NCBI GenBank assembly: GCA_947481115.1
Contig: CANKEI010000003.1
Location: forward strand, 1-37,167
Length of the DNA: 37,167 nt
Direction: 5' to 3'
DNA from: a bacterium
GTDB lineage: Bacteria; Babelota; Babeliae; Babelales; JABDEC01
The translations under genes and the position numbers were made by a program. The notes beneath the pieces are model-generated. The model did not search any database, was not told where the DNA came from, and saw only the letters and a program-made list of their open reading frames with translations. Each line of letters begins with the position of its first letter. Position 1 is the first letter of the stretch. Below are positions 8,924-17,350 of the stretch, piece by piece.

Positions 8924-8937
8924 ATCCTATAGATTTG
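8901..8937 (+). repeat. Direct repeat B
   Basis: 34/37 identical to 7118-7154. Spans the stop codon of ORF 8153-8923. Confidence 0.9.
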
Positions 8938-9093
8938 AGATCAAGGGGTTTTAATTAAGCGATTATAAATCAGCCATAGATAGCTTAAATAACACGTTTT
9001 AATCAAAATTCTTGAATTCTGGTTCCAGTTTAAGTTACCCTGATAGCAATAATTAAGTATCTATTAATGGGGTTTCTATGGGGGGGGGTTATT

Positions 9094-9372
9094 ATGAGCG
9101 CTAAGCGATTTAAAGGTTATTTTCTGGGTTTAATCTTACTCATAGGTGCAGCGAGTTTTAATCTGTCATATGGAGTACTTTGTAATTGGCGAGATAGTAA
9201 TTGTCGTTTAACAAACAATAATGGCAATAGTAAAATCTGCGATAGCATTCAGGATATTAAAGATATTGATGGCAAGCGGATTGCTACAGTAAGATATCCC
9301 TGTCGAGATCGTCACGAGGATGGTACTTTTAAATATTATTGTTGCTTTGATACAACTCAAGAACTCATGTAA
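9094..9372 (+). CDS. Small secreted six-cysteine protein (92 aa)
   Basis: ATG at 9094 follows a G9 tract. Signal peptide MSAKRFKGYFLGLILLIGAASFNLSYG, then C-x6-C-x11-C-x20-C-x12-CC. Confidence 0.7.
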   Translation: MSAKRFKGYFLGLILLIGAASFNLSYGVLCNWRDSNCRLTNNNGNSKICDSIQDIKDIDGKRIATVRYPCRDRHEDGTFKYYCCFDTTQELM

Positions 9373-9399
9373 TTAAATGGTTAGTAATAAAATCAAGAT

Positions 9400-12063
9400 T
9401 TAGTGCTGCGATTGATGCACAAATTGATTGATTACTTTTAAGTTTTCATGACCAATCTTAGGGAAAAAGAAACGGGTAATTGGGTCACGCACATTGTCGA
9501 AAACCTGGCCATTTTCGATGGTCTCTTTGGCGGCTTGTCCTAATCTATTGCCAGTAAAGTCACCAATGCTGTTTTTGCGTGGATAAATTAATTTCGGTGC
9601 GATAAATACTACTAATGTGCGCTTAATATTGTCTTGGCTGCGATTTTTGAAAAAATTACCGATGATCGGGATTTTGGATAAAATTGGCGTTTCGGTTTGT
9701 GAATCAGTATCATCACGCCTGGTCAAACCACCTAGTACCAAAACATCATTATTCTTAATATTGGTATTAGTTGTGATTTCGCGATTATTAATTACGTTTC
9801 CAAGTGAACCTAATTCAGGATTAAAGTCTTGTACTTCTACTTTAATGCCAAGGTTAATATTAGAACCATCGGCACTTATATTAGGAAAAATGGTTGCTCT
9901 TAAACGTGCCCGATATTTTATATTTTTACGCACAAAAGTACCATTTTCTGGTACCACATCGCCCGCTCTTAATTTATTATCTTCCACAGATACCATGGCT
10001 TGTTTGTGATTCTGGGTGACTATGAACGGCTGTGATAAAATTTTATATGATTTCATTTTATTTAATAAGTCAAGCACATAGGCAATTCCATTGCCATCAT
10101 TAAAAGACATTACCGCAGCGCCATTTTGAATATAGTTAACTAACGAGTCTCCAAAGGGGTCAACACCAGTTAATAAATCAGCATCTAGGGCGCGACCCAT
10201 ATCAATTTTGCTGGTGGGAGGGATGGGAGTTGAAGGAGTAACTGGCGGGATATAATTTAAAATTGGCGCGCCGAGTTGTGCTGATTGCCAAGACAATTTT
10301 GGTGACATATTGTTTTGGTGTAGTCCCCGGGCTTGTGCAGCTAGGGATTGTAATTCATCTAGTTGTAGATCTGCAATAATTATCTCAAGAGCTACTTGTA
10401 ATTGCGGTTGGTCCATTTCCTCGATAATTTTTTCTAGGACTTTCCAATCATCGTGATAAGCCGAAACAATTAAATTGTTGCTATAACTATATGATTCTTG
10501 AAATTCAGCCCCAGGTTTTTCGTCTTTAAAAGTGTCGTTTTTTTTGCCACCACTTTCTTTTTTAACTTGTGGGGCACTAACAGACTCTTCAGATAGCACA
10601 ATCACATCTTTAAAACTATCTGTAGGATTATTAGTACCGGCGGTAGGACTACTAGTTTGTTGGTTGCGTTTACCACGGACTAAATTTTGTAAGACTGGGG
10701 CGAAGTTTTTGGCATCTAAGTATTGCAGTGGCTTGATATGAATAATTGAGCGACCGGAGTCTACAGATTGATCTAAATTTTCGACAATTAAATCTTTTAG
10801 TTTTCGGACAGAAGCGGCGTCGCCCATTAAAACCAGCGAGTTAGTGCGACCAACTGAGATAGCTCGCACGTTTTGTAAATACTTAGTACCAGATTTTTTA
10901 TTGCCAGCTGGCTTATAACCATAACCCAGGTTATCGTCAGATTGCTCTTTAAGTAATTCTTCGATCATCTTTTCGATCCGATAAGCATCGGTGTGATTTA
11001 AAGCTAGGATCGCGACCGTTTCTTTAAAGCCAGAGTTATCTAGCCATTGTACAATTTCCAGGGCTTGGCGTAAACAGTTTGCCCGGTTAGCTAAAATTAA
11101 ACTATTAGTTGGTGGATCAAATTGGATGGTAATTTCTTGGCCACTAGTGCTAGCACTAGGTGCTGCTGGGGCATAGGGATTAGCACCATAATTATCGCTA
11201 GTGCTGGCGCCAGCACTGACACCGCCAGGTAAGATCGAACTTAAGATCCCGCCGAGTTCTTTTTGTGCTTCTTGATCGTTAGTTAAATTAATATTCTTAA
11301 AATAATAAATATATCTAATGGGTTCGTCGTTATTGGGTAATTTATCAAAATCAGTATCGATGTATAATTTTAAATTTTTACCAACAAATTTGCGATTACG
11401 TACTACTTCATAAAAATGTTCATTCGGAACTAAGCTATAACCGGCAATTTCTAAGAAATTTAGCGCTAAGTTCCAGGCACTGTGAATGCTTAATTTTTTA
11501 TTATGCGTATAAGTAATCTTAGTTTTAATAGTATCTGGTGCTTGCGGAAATAAAATATTAGTCTTTTTGCCAGTAGCACTAGTTTTAAGTTCAGCTAACT
11601 TATTAATAATATCGACTAGATCTTCGTTTTCGTAATCAAAAAGTACGAGATCTTTAGCTTTAATTTTTTTGCTGGTAATAGTAGCTGGAGCAGTATAGAG
11701 ATTAGTGTTAGTTGTAACTAGTATCATTAGACATAATTTTGAAATTATGGTTCGATACGTCCCGATGGGGCATCCACCACGAACGGGCCAAAAAGTATTC
11801 TTTTTAGCTAGGTTCAGTAACCAATCTTCCACCACATTCCTCGACTGCGCTACGCTTCGCTCGGGACGAGCGGGATAAAACTTTTGTGATAATTTTATTC
11901 GAGAAAAATTTATTAATTCTAAAATATTTATTGTTAGACTTTTTCCGTAATTCACAGTCTGATCTCGCAACATCCCCCCCTCGACTGACGCTCGGGGTGA
12001 GCGGGGTTCGGGACGAGCGTGATAAAGTCTTTTTGATAAAGAGTCCAACTCGAGTTTTACCAT
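9400..12063 (-). CDS. gspD: Type II secretion secretin GspD-like, copy 2 (start uncertain)
   Basis: N-domain repeats (IRYIYYFKN, TNSLIL, LNHTDA, RTNSLVLMG, PLQYLDA), QVALEIIIADL, LVLGGL, PILSKIPIIGNFFK, LVVFIAPKLI. The ATG at 12063 is 21 nt after the gspM stop. Confidence 0.9.
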   Translation of the reverse strand: MVKLELDSLSKRLYHARPEPRSPRASVEGGMLRDQTVNYGKSLTINILELINFSRIKLSQKFYPARPERSVAQSRNVVEDWLLNLAKKNTFWPVRGGCPIGTYRTIISKLCLMILVTTNTNLYTAPATITSKKIKAKDLVLFDYENEDLVDIINKLAELKTSATGKKTNILFPQAPDTIKTKITYTHNKKLSIHSAWNLALNFLEIAGYSLVPNEHFYEVVRNRKFVGKNLKLYIDTDFDKLPNNDEPIRYIYYFKNINLTNDQEAQKELGGILSSILPGGVSAGASTSDNYGANPYAPAAPSASTSGQEITIQFDPPTNSLILANRANCLRQALEIVQWLDNSGFKETVAILALNHTDAYRIEKMIEELLKEQSDDNLGYGYKPAGNKKSGTKYLQNVRAISVGRTNSLVLMGDAASVRKLKDLIVENLDQSVDSGRSIIHIKPLQYLDAKNFAPVLQNLVRGKRNQQTSSPTAGTNNPTDSFKDVIVLSEESVSAPQVKKESGGKKNDTFKDEKPGAEFQESYSYSNNLIVSAYHDDWKVLEKIIEEMDQPQLQVALEIIIADLQLDELQSLAAQARGLHQNNMSPKLSWQSAQLGAPILNYIPPVTPSTPIPPTSKIDMGRALDADLLTGVDPFGDSLVNYIQNGAAVMSFNDGNGIAYVLDLLNKMKSYKILSQPFIVTQNHKQAMVSVEDNKLRAGDVVPENGTFVRKNIKYRARLRATIFPNISADGSNINLGIKVEVQDFNPELGSLGNVINNREITTNTNIKNNDVLVLGGLTRRDDTDSQTETPILSKIPIIGNFFKNRSQDNIKRTLVVFIAPKLIYPRKNSIGDFTGNRLGQAAKETIENGQVFDNVRDPITRFFFPKIGHENLKVINQFVHQSQH
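11746..11787 (+). repeat. Palindromic core element (TGGT/ACCA type) inside the gspD2 reading frame
   Basis: TATGGTTCGATACGTCCCGATGGGGCATCCACCACGAACGGG. Reads PVRGGCPIGTYRTI on the minus strand. Confidence 0.8.
11837..11874 (+). repeat. Palindromic core element (TTCC/GGGA type) inside the gspD2 reading frame
   Basis: TTCCTCGACTGCGCTACGCTTCGCTCGGGACGAGCGGG. Reads PARPERSVAQSR on the minus strand. Confidence 0.85.
11935..12019 (+). mobile_element. Left half of the MITE-like element inside the gspD2 reading frame
   Basis: TAGACTTTTTCCGTAATTCACAG...CCCTCGACTGACGCTCGGGGTGAGCGGGGTTCGGGACGAGCG, matching 345-427. Confidence 0.88.
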
Positions 12064-12084
12064 TTCAGTTCTCTATTTTTAATT

Positions 12085-12672
12085 TTAACCAGCCTGGTTA
12101 ATTTCAGTATGATTCTTAAGCGTCGCAATTGTTAATAACAAACTAACAGTTGGTGGAGTGTCTGGGTTAGATTCTAACTCTAAATTCTTAATATACACGC
12201 GTTTATTTTTTTCTAGCTCTTCTAGTAATTGTGTGACTTGCCACATATTTAGATCATCTAGTTTAATTTCTAAGATTAACTCTGAATAGCCCTTACTTTT
12301 TAACATGGCGGGCTCATTAGTAGTTAAGCGCGGCTTTTCTTGTAGTTTATTAGTTAAATTTAACTGCTCTGCAATGGTTTCAAAATAGTGCATAATTAAA
12401 AAGTTTTTGTCTTGCTGAATTAATTCATCGACCAAATTTTGTTGTTCACGAATAGTAAGCTCTTTACTGAGTAATTCTTGTACTTGAACACGCTTAGTAT
12501 TTAAAGTTCTAATATTTTTAATCATAGCTGCGGTGCGATAATTATAATAAAAAATTAAGCCACCGCAGAGTACCGAAAACGTACCTATGTAAACTAAAAT
12601 ATAGTTTCTAAACATGCTGCTATTTTGAGTAGCTAAAAAACTTTCAATGCGGGCGAGTAAGCGGTTAATCAT
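12085..12672 (-). CDS. GspM/PilO-like inner-membrane platform protein (195 aa)
   Basis: One N-terminal TM segment, a coiled coil, and a ferredoxin-like C-terminus (LEIKLDDLNMWQVTQLLEELE...VYIKNLEL). ATGA overlap with the upstream gene. Confidence 0.7.
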   Translation of the reverse strand: MINRLLARIESFLATQNSSMFRNYILVYIGTFSVLCGGLIFYYNYRTAAMIKNIRTLNTKRVQVQELLSKELTIREQQNLVDELIQQDKNFLIMHYFETIAEQLNLTNKLQEKPRLTTNEPAMLKSKGYSELILEIKLDDLNMWQVTQLLEELEKNKRVYIKNLELESNPDTPPTVSLLLTIATLKNHTEINQAG

Positions 12673-14450
12673 AGTAATTGCTCCCCATTCTTAAGATTTA
12701 AGATAATCTCAAAATCGATATCTTGTGGTTCTTTAGATAATTCAAATAAGTTTGAATTTCTTAATTCAAAAGTTAGTTTATTGAGGGCCGCATAGTCTGC
12801 TTTTTGGCCCTGACCAGTGGTAATTTTACCTTGGAGTGTCATTTGGGTGTCTGCAATAGTTAGTAATTCTAGTTTTAGACCAAGTTCTTCAGGCTTAATA
12901 ATTTTACTTAACTCTTGTAGATATTCTAAGATTGAAACCCGAGTTTGCCGAGAGAAAGCAAACCAAATTTTAGACTCATGTTCGATTTTGCCTTCGGCAG
13001 ATCTAATAGCTAGCGGCAAAGTTTTCTTTTCTTTAGCATTTAAATTAAAGGTTTTGCTCAGACGATTAAGCGTTTCTAGTTCAGCTTTCTGTAATTTGCC
13101 ATCTAAGTTGCTAAGTTCCCAAAAAATATGGCCACTAATTGCACCCAAGATGATTAAGCTAAAGATTAAGCCAACTGCGATTTGATGCTTTAATAATCCG
13201 CTACTGGTGCGCCCATATTCTAAATTACTATGATCCTGGACAATGCTATTATACGCCCCCGCGATGGGACCATAATCGCTGGAGCTCAATTTGAGATTTG
13301 TTTTAAAAACTTTATTGTCTAATAATTTAGTTAGTTCTAAATTATAACACTTGATTTTGAAAGTTTGATTAATTAACTCTGATAGACCTGCAATAACTTG
13401 TTCGCTTTGTAACAATATAATTTGTTTGAGCTCAAGTTTGGCGTCAGAATTAATACCTGGGTGCTGGGCTTGTAGATTAACAGCAAAAGATTCTAACGTA
13501 GCTGAGATTAAATTAAAATATTCGCCCAAGACCGCTTTTAGCTGAGTGGTATGCGATTGATCAATCGCATGCGATAAATTAACGCGATTAATTAGTTCTA
13601 ATGCTTCGGGATAGCTAATTTTAGCCCGTTGCGAGAATTGCCGAGCTAGGTAATTAAATCCGCGTGGGATCACGCGCGAAAGCTGCAACTTGTTTTGATC
13701 TAAATAAATTATGGTAGTTGTGCTATCACCTAAATTCAAAACAATCTGCGCAGTTTGCTTTTTGCTTGTATTGGTCAGACTAACTTGATCGAAACTAGAT
13801 TTGTTTGCTGGTGTACTAGCTGGGGCAGTATTAACTTGATTGTGTGTCTGGCTGTGTGCCTGGTTATATGTTTGATTATATGATGTATGATAATCTGGAA
13901 TCTTTTGAAACAGCGCATAACTATCAAATAGCTCTACAGTAAATTGGTCAACACCTTTGAGGCCAGCTTTTTTAAATAAATCTTGGTAATACTCTAAATC
14001 TTTTTTCTGAACAATCGCTGCTAGTATTTGTGAGCTTTTTTTGCTTAAATCTTGACTGGTAATAATAAAACTAACGACGGCTTTATCGATTGCAAATGGT
14101 AGGTTAGCTTCAACTTCAAATTTAAGCACCTGATTGATTTTTTGCGCATCTAAGAATGGTAACTCAAGTTCTTTAAAGATCGTGTGCGTGCTGGGCACGG
14201 TAAAAGTAATTAAGCTAGATTTGTTTTTTTTGATAATTTTTTTAATAGCAGCTGAGACTAATTGTTCATAAGTTAAGCCAGAATCAAATTCCAGCTCTTC
14301 ACGATAAATTTCTTGAATCGTTACAGTGTTGCCCGCAGCTAAAATTTGACAAGCAGTGACATGATTACGATTGAGCGAAAAGCTTAAAATTTTTTGTGAA
14401 ATCAAATAGTAGTTGTTAATTACATTCGGAATAAACAGGTTTTGGATCAT
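12669..14450 (-). CDS. GspL-like (PilM/PilN-type) protein (593 aa)
   Basis: Actin-like cytoplasmic domain (FKELELPF...KFEVEANLPF; VLNLGDSTTTII...SRVIPRG), one TM segment (VGLIFSLIILGAISG), PilN-like periplasmic end. ATGA overlap with gspD1. Confidence 0.75.
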   Translation of the reverse strand: MIQNLFIPNVINNYYLISQKILSFSLNRNHVTACQILAAGNTVTIQEIYREELEFDSGLTYEQLVSAAIKKIIKKNKSSLITFTVPSTHTIFKELELPFLDAQKINQVLKFEVEANLPFAIDKAVVSFIITSQDLSKKSSQILAAIVQKKDLEYYQDLFKKAGLKGVDQFTVELFDSYALFQKIPDYHTSYNQTYNQAHSQTHNQVNTAPASTPANKSSFDQVSLTNTSKKQTAQIVLNLGDSTTTIIYLDQNKLQLSRVIPRGFNYLARQFSQRAKISYPEALELINRVNLSHAIDQSHTTQLKAVLGEYFNLISATLESFAVNLQAQHPGINSDAKLELKQIILLQSEQVIAGLSELINQTFKIKCYNLELTKLLDNKVFKTNLKLSSSDYGPIAGAYNSIVQDHSNLEYGRTSSGLLKHQIAVGLIFSLIILGAISGHIFWELSNLDGKLQKAELETLNRLSKTFNLNAKEKKTLPLAIRSAEGKIEHESKIWFAFSRQTRVSILEYLQELSKIIKPEELGLKLELLTIADTQMTLQGKITTGQGQKADYAALNKLTFELRNSNLFELSKEPQDIDFEIILNLKNGEQLL

Positions 14451-17350
14451 GTGTTAAGCTCCTGGTCTAACTCCTGAGCTGTTTTTTTAGAATTTTGCTT
14501 GCCACTACTATTACTATTATTATCTTCTTGTTCACTATAATGGCTAGGAACACTTGCGAGTAGGGCTGATTTGCGACGTGGTAATACGGTTGTAGATGTA
14601 TCGGCTAGTTGTGCGGTTGATGTACCAACTGGTGCTAAACACATAGCGCCTGGTGTACCTTGGCGGCGATCGACAAACTTTTGTACTTCATCAGTTTCTT
14701 CGTGGCGATAATCTTTAAAGAACCATTTTACAATTGGATCACGACTCTTTGTTTTAGAATTTATTTCACCGAGTGCTTGTTGTAAATCTTCAGATTTGCT
14801 TAGTGTATAACTGCATGTTTGATCTTGGTCATTAGTGATAATTCTGGGCGTAATAAAGATTAATAGCGTGTCTTTAATATTTTCAGAAGTGCGATTTCTA
14901 AATAAGTTACCGATAATGGGAATTTTACTTAAAATTGGTACATTAGTTTCAGTGTTAGTAGTTGTGCGTTTAATTAAACCGCCCAATGCTAATACTTCAC
15001 CGTTGGCTACATTAGTACAAGTTTGCACCTCTTTAATTGATGTATTACCAGAATCTATATTGTCTGGATCATCACCTTTAACTGAGAAATTTTCAATTTT
15101 TATAGCTACTTCTAAATTGATTAAACCATCACTATTAATTTGAGGAATAATATTTAGCTCTAAGTTGGCCGACATTTCTTGAATGGCATTTAAGGTATTT
15201 CCAGTTGCTACTACAGTACCAGATGAAACGCGTCGAGTTTGTCCAACTACCACGCGGGCGGGATATTTATTAGTAGTGATCACAAATGGTGAAGCAATTA
15301 CATTGGTACGCGTATATCTATTTAAAACCCCAATCATAGCCCAGGCGCTATTTTTACCTAGTGAAATCAAGGTGGAGCCGGCCGTACTAGTTTGCGCCAA
15401 GGTTAATAAATTACCAATTAAGCTGCCAGTGGTCGGATCAGTGACTACTGCGCCGCCGTTAGTGGGATTGTTAAACCAACCACTTGTAGCAGCGTTCACA
15501 TTGCGATTTTGAGCACTGTTGATTTGAGAGTACAAACCTTTGAGGTCATCAGTTTGCAATGTCACAATAATTGCTTCGATAGCTACCTGGGGTTGTTTTT
15601 TATCCAGCTGTTTAATCACATCTAGGACTAATTTATAATCTTCTGGTTCGCCGCGAATGACTAAATTATTACCTTGAACTTCGGGTTCAAAATGTAAATT
15701 ACCAAATAAGCGATCTTGGCCATGCAACCGCGCTTGACCGGCACCTAAGTTAGCACCAGCTACGCCTGGTGTGGCGTTAGCACCAAATTGGGTCACTTGA
15801 TTTAATAGTTCCGCCATCTGTTTAGCTGGGGTATGATTTAGTGGCACCACCCAAAAATTGGTGCGTCGTCTTTGCAGATCAGTGTCAAACTCCTGCACAA
15901 TTTGTTCAACTGTAGCAATTGCTGTGCGAGAACCTAAAATCAAAAGTGTATTAGAGCGTGATTCTACGATTACGCGTGCTTCTTTGAGTGACGAACTGAG
16001 CTTATTACTTTTAGCAAATGGACTTTGATAACCATATTTATCAGCGCTAGTATCTTTGCCGCCTGCTAGTTTTTTAATTAAATCAGCAATTTCAGCTGCA
16101 TCGGCTTGCTTAAGTTTAATAATCGAGAGCATCTCGGGGGTATTAGCGCCGTCGAGTTCACGCACAATCTCCATCAGTGACTTAATATTATAAGCCGTGT
16201 CAGTGAAAATTAGCGCGCGTAGATTTGCGAAGCTGCTAATTTTAGCGTTCTTACTTTTGATTTTATCCAGCACTTCGAGCATTTGCGCGGGCGTGCTATT
16301 TTTTAAGAAATAAATATATCTAATTACACCACTCTCAGTGATTTTATTCGCATCGACATTAATAAATACGGGTACTACTTCTTGCATAGCTGTACCCAAT
16401 GCTGTAATACGGTAAATTGGTTCACTGACACCAGTGACACGCACGCGGGCATACCCAGCTACTTTTAAGAACTGGTCAGTTAGGTGCCATAATTCACTTT
16501 TAGTTAATGGTTGATTAGTTGCAAATGAGATCTTGCTATTTTCTAGGCCAGTTTTACTAGTAGAATTACTATTGCCTGCGCCAGTACTAGCACCATCTTC
16601 TTTGGGGCTATTGCTATAAGCATCTGGTTCTTTAGTGTCTTTAGATTTAGGTTCTTTAGTTGGCTTAATATCTTCATCGAAAACAAAACTGATTTTAAAG
16701 ATTAGTTCTACTTTTTTGAGAAAATTTAACAAACTAGCGTTCTCAAAATTTAATGAGATGTCAGCGCTAAATGGGGTATCTTGATTTAGATCTAAGTCTG
16801 AACTTAATTCCGGTCCGGTATTATTTGGGTTAATAGAATTATTATTAATAGCCAGACTATTTTTGGTGTCAAGTGTCTTAGTATCATGCGAATCTAGTAG
16901 TTTTGGTTTAGTTTTAGCGCGCGAGTTACTATTATTATTATCAACTAAGTTTTTACGAGCATGATTGTAGGGATTATTTTTAGCAGCCTGTGCGTCTAGT
17001 CCCACTAATTCTTCGGGCGTAGCTGGAAAATTAAACTCTTGAAAATCTGGTGTATTTTTAGTTGGTTTTAAAATCGGTGCTAAATCTAAATCTATATTGC
17101 GAGTGTTAGTTGCAAACTTTGTTCCAGAGACTATTGCTGAGTTAGTTTTATTTATCTCACCAGGGTTATTATTTGCACCAGCTTGTTCAGACACATTAGT
17201 ATCAGCAGTCTGGGCAACTGGCCTAGTTTTTTTAATACGCGCTGTAAGTGTATTGGTACTAATTAAAGTTAATAGTAGTAATAATACCAATAATACGTTC
17301 GTGGTGAGTTTTTTCGACTTCAGAAGAAAGAGTATCGAACCATTATGCAT
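14447..17350 (-). CDS. gspD: Type II secretion secretin GspD-like, copy 1 (967 aa)
   Basis: GGAGG 5 nt before ATG 17350, signal peptide, ISLNFENASL (N0), N-domain repeats, QVAIEAIIV, LALGGL, VPILSKIPIIGNLF, LLIFITPRII. Confidence 0.92.
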   Translation of the reverse strand: MHNGSILFLLKSKKLTTNVLLVLLLLLTLISTNTLTARIKKTRPVAQTADTNVSEQAGANNNPGEINKTNSAIVSGTKFATNTRNIDLDLAPILKPTKNTPDFQEFNFPATPEELVGLDAQAAKNNPYNHARKNLVDNNNSNSRAKTKPKLLDSHDTKTLDTKNSLAINNNSINPNNTGPELSSDLDLNQDTPFSADISLNFENASLLNFLKKVELIFKISFVFDEDIKPTKEPKSKDTKEPDAYSNSPKEDGASTGAGNSNSTSKTGLENSKISFATNQPLTKSELWHLTDQFLKVAGYARVRVTGVSEPIYRITALGTAMQEVVPVFINVDANKITESGVIRYIYFLKNSTPAQMLEVLDKIKSKNAKISSFANLRALIFTDTAYNIKSLMEIVRELDGANTPEMLSIIKLKQADAAEIADLIKKLAGGKDTSADKYGYQSPFAKSNKLSSSLKEARVIVESRSNTLLILGSRTAIATVEQIVQEFDTDLQRRRTNFWVVPLNHTPAKQMAELLNQVTQFGANATPGVAGANLGAGQARLHGQDRLFGNLHFEPEVQGNNLVIRGEPEDYKLVLDVIKQLDKKQPQVAIEAIIVTLQTDDLKGLYSQINSAQNRNVNAATSGWFNNPTNGGAVVTDPTTGSLIGNLLTLAQTSTAGSTLISLGKNSAWAMIGVLNRYTRTNVIASPFVITTNKYPARVVVGQTRRVSSGTVVATGNTLNAIQEMSANLELNIIPQINSDGLINLEVAIKIENFSVKGDDPDNIDSGNTSIKEVQTCTNVANGEVLALGGLIKRTTTNTETNVPILSKIPIIGNLFRNRTSENIKDTLLIFITPRIITNDQDQTCSYTLSKSEDLQQALGEINSKTKSRDPIVKWFFKDYRHEETDEVQKFVDRRQGTPGAMCLAPVGTSTAQLADTSTTVLPRRKSALLASVPSHYSEQEDNNSNSSGKQNSKKTAQELDQELNT
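17296..17343 (-). repeat. Palindromic core element (TGGT/ACCA type) in frame at the gspD1 N-terminus
   Basis: Minus strand ATGGTTCGATACTCTTTCTTCTGAAGTCGAAAAAACTCACCACGAACG, encoding (N)GSILFLLKSKKLTTN. Confidence 0.8.
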
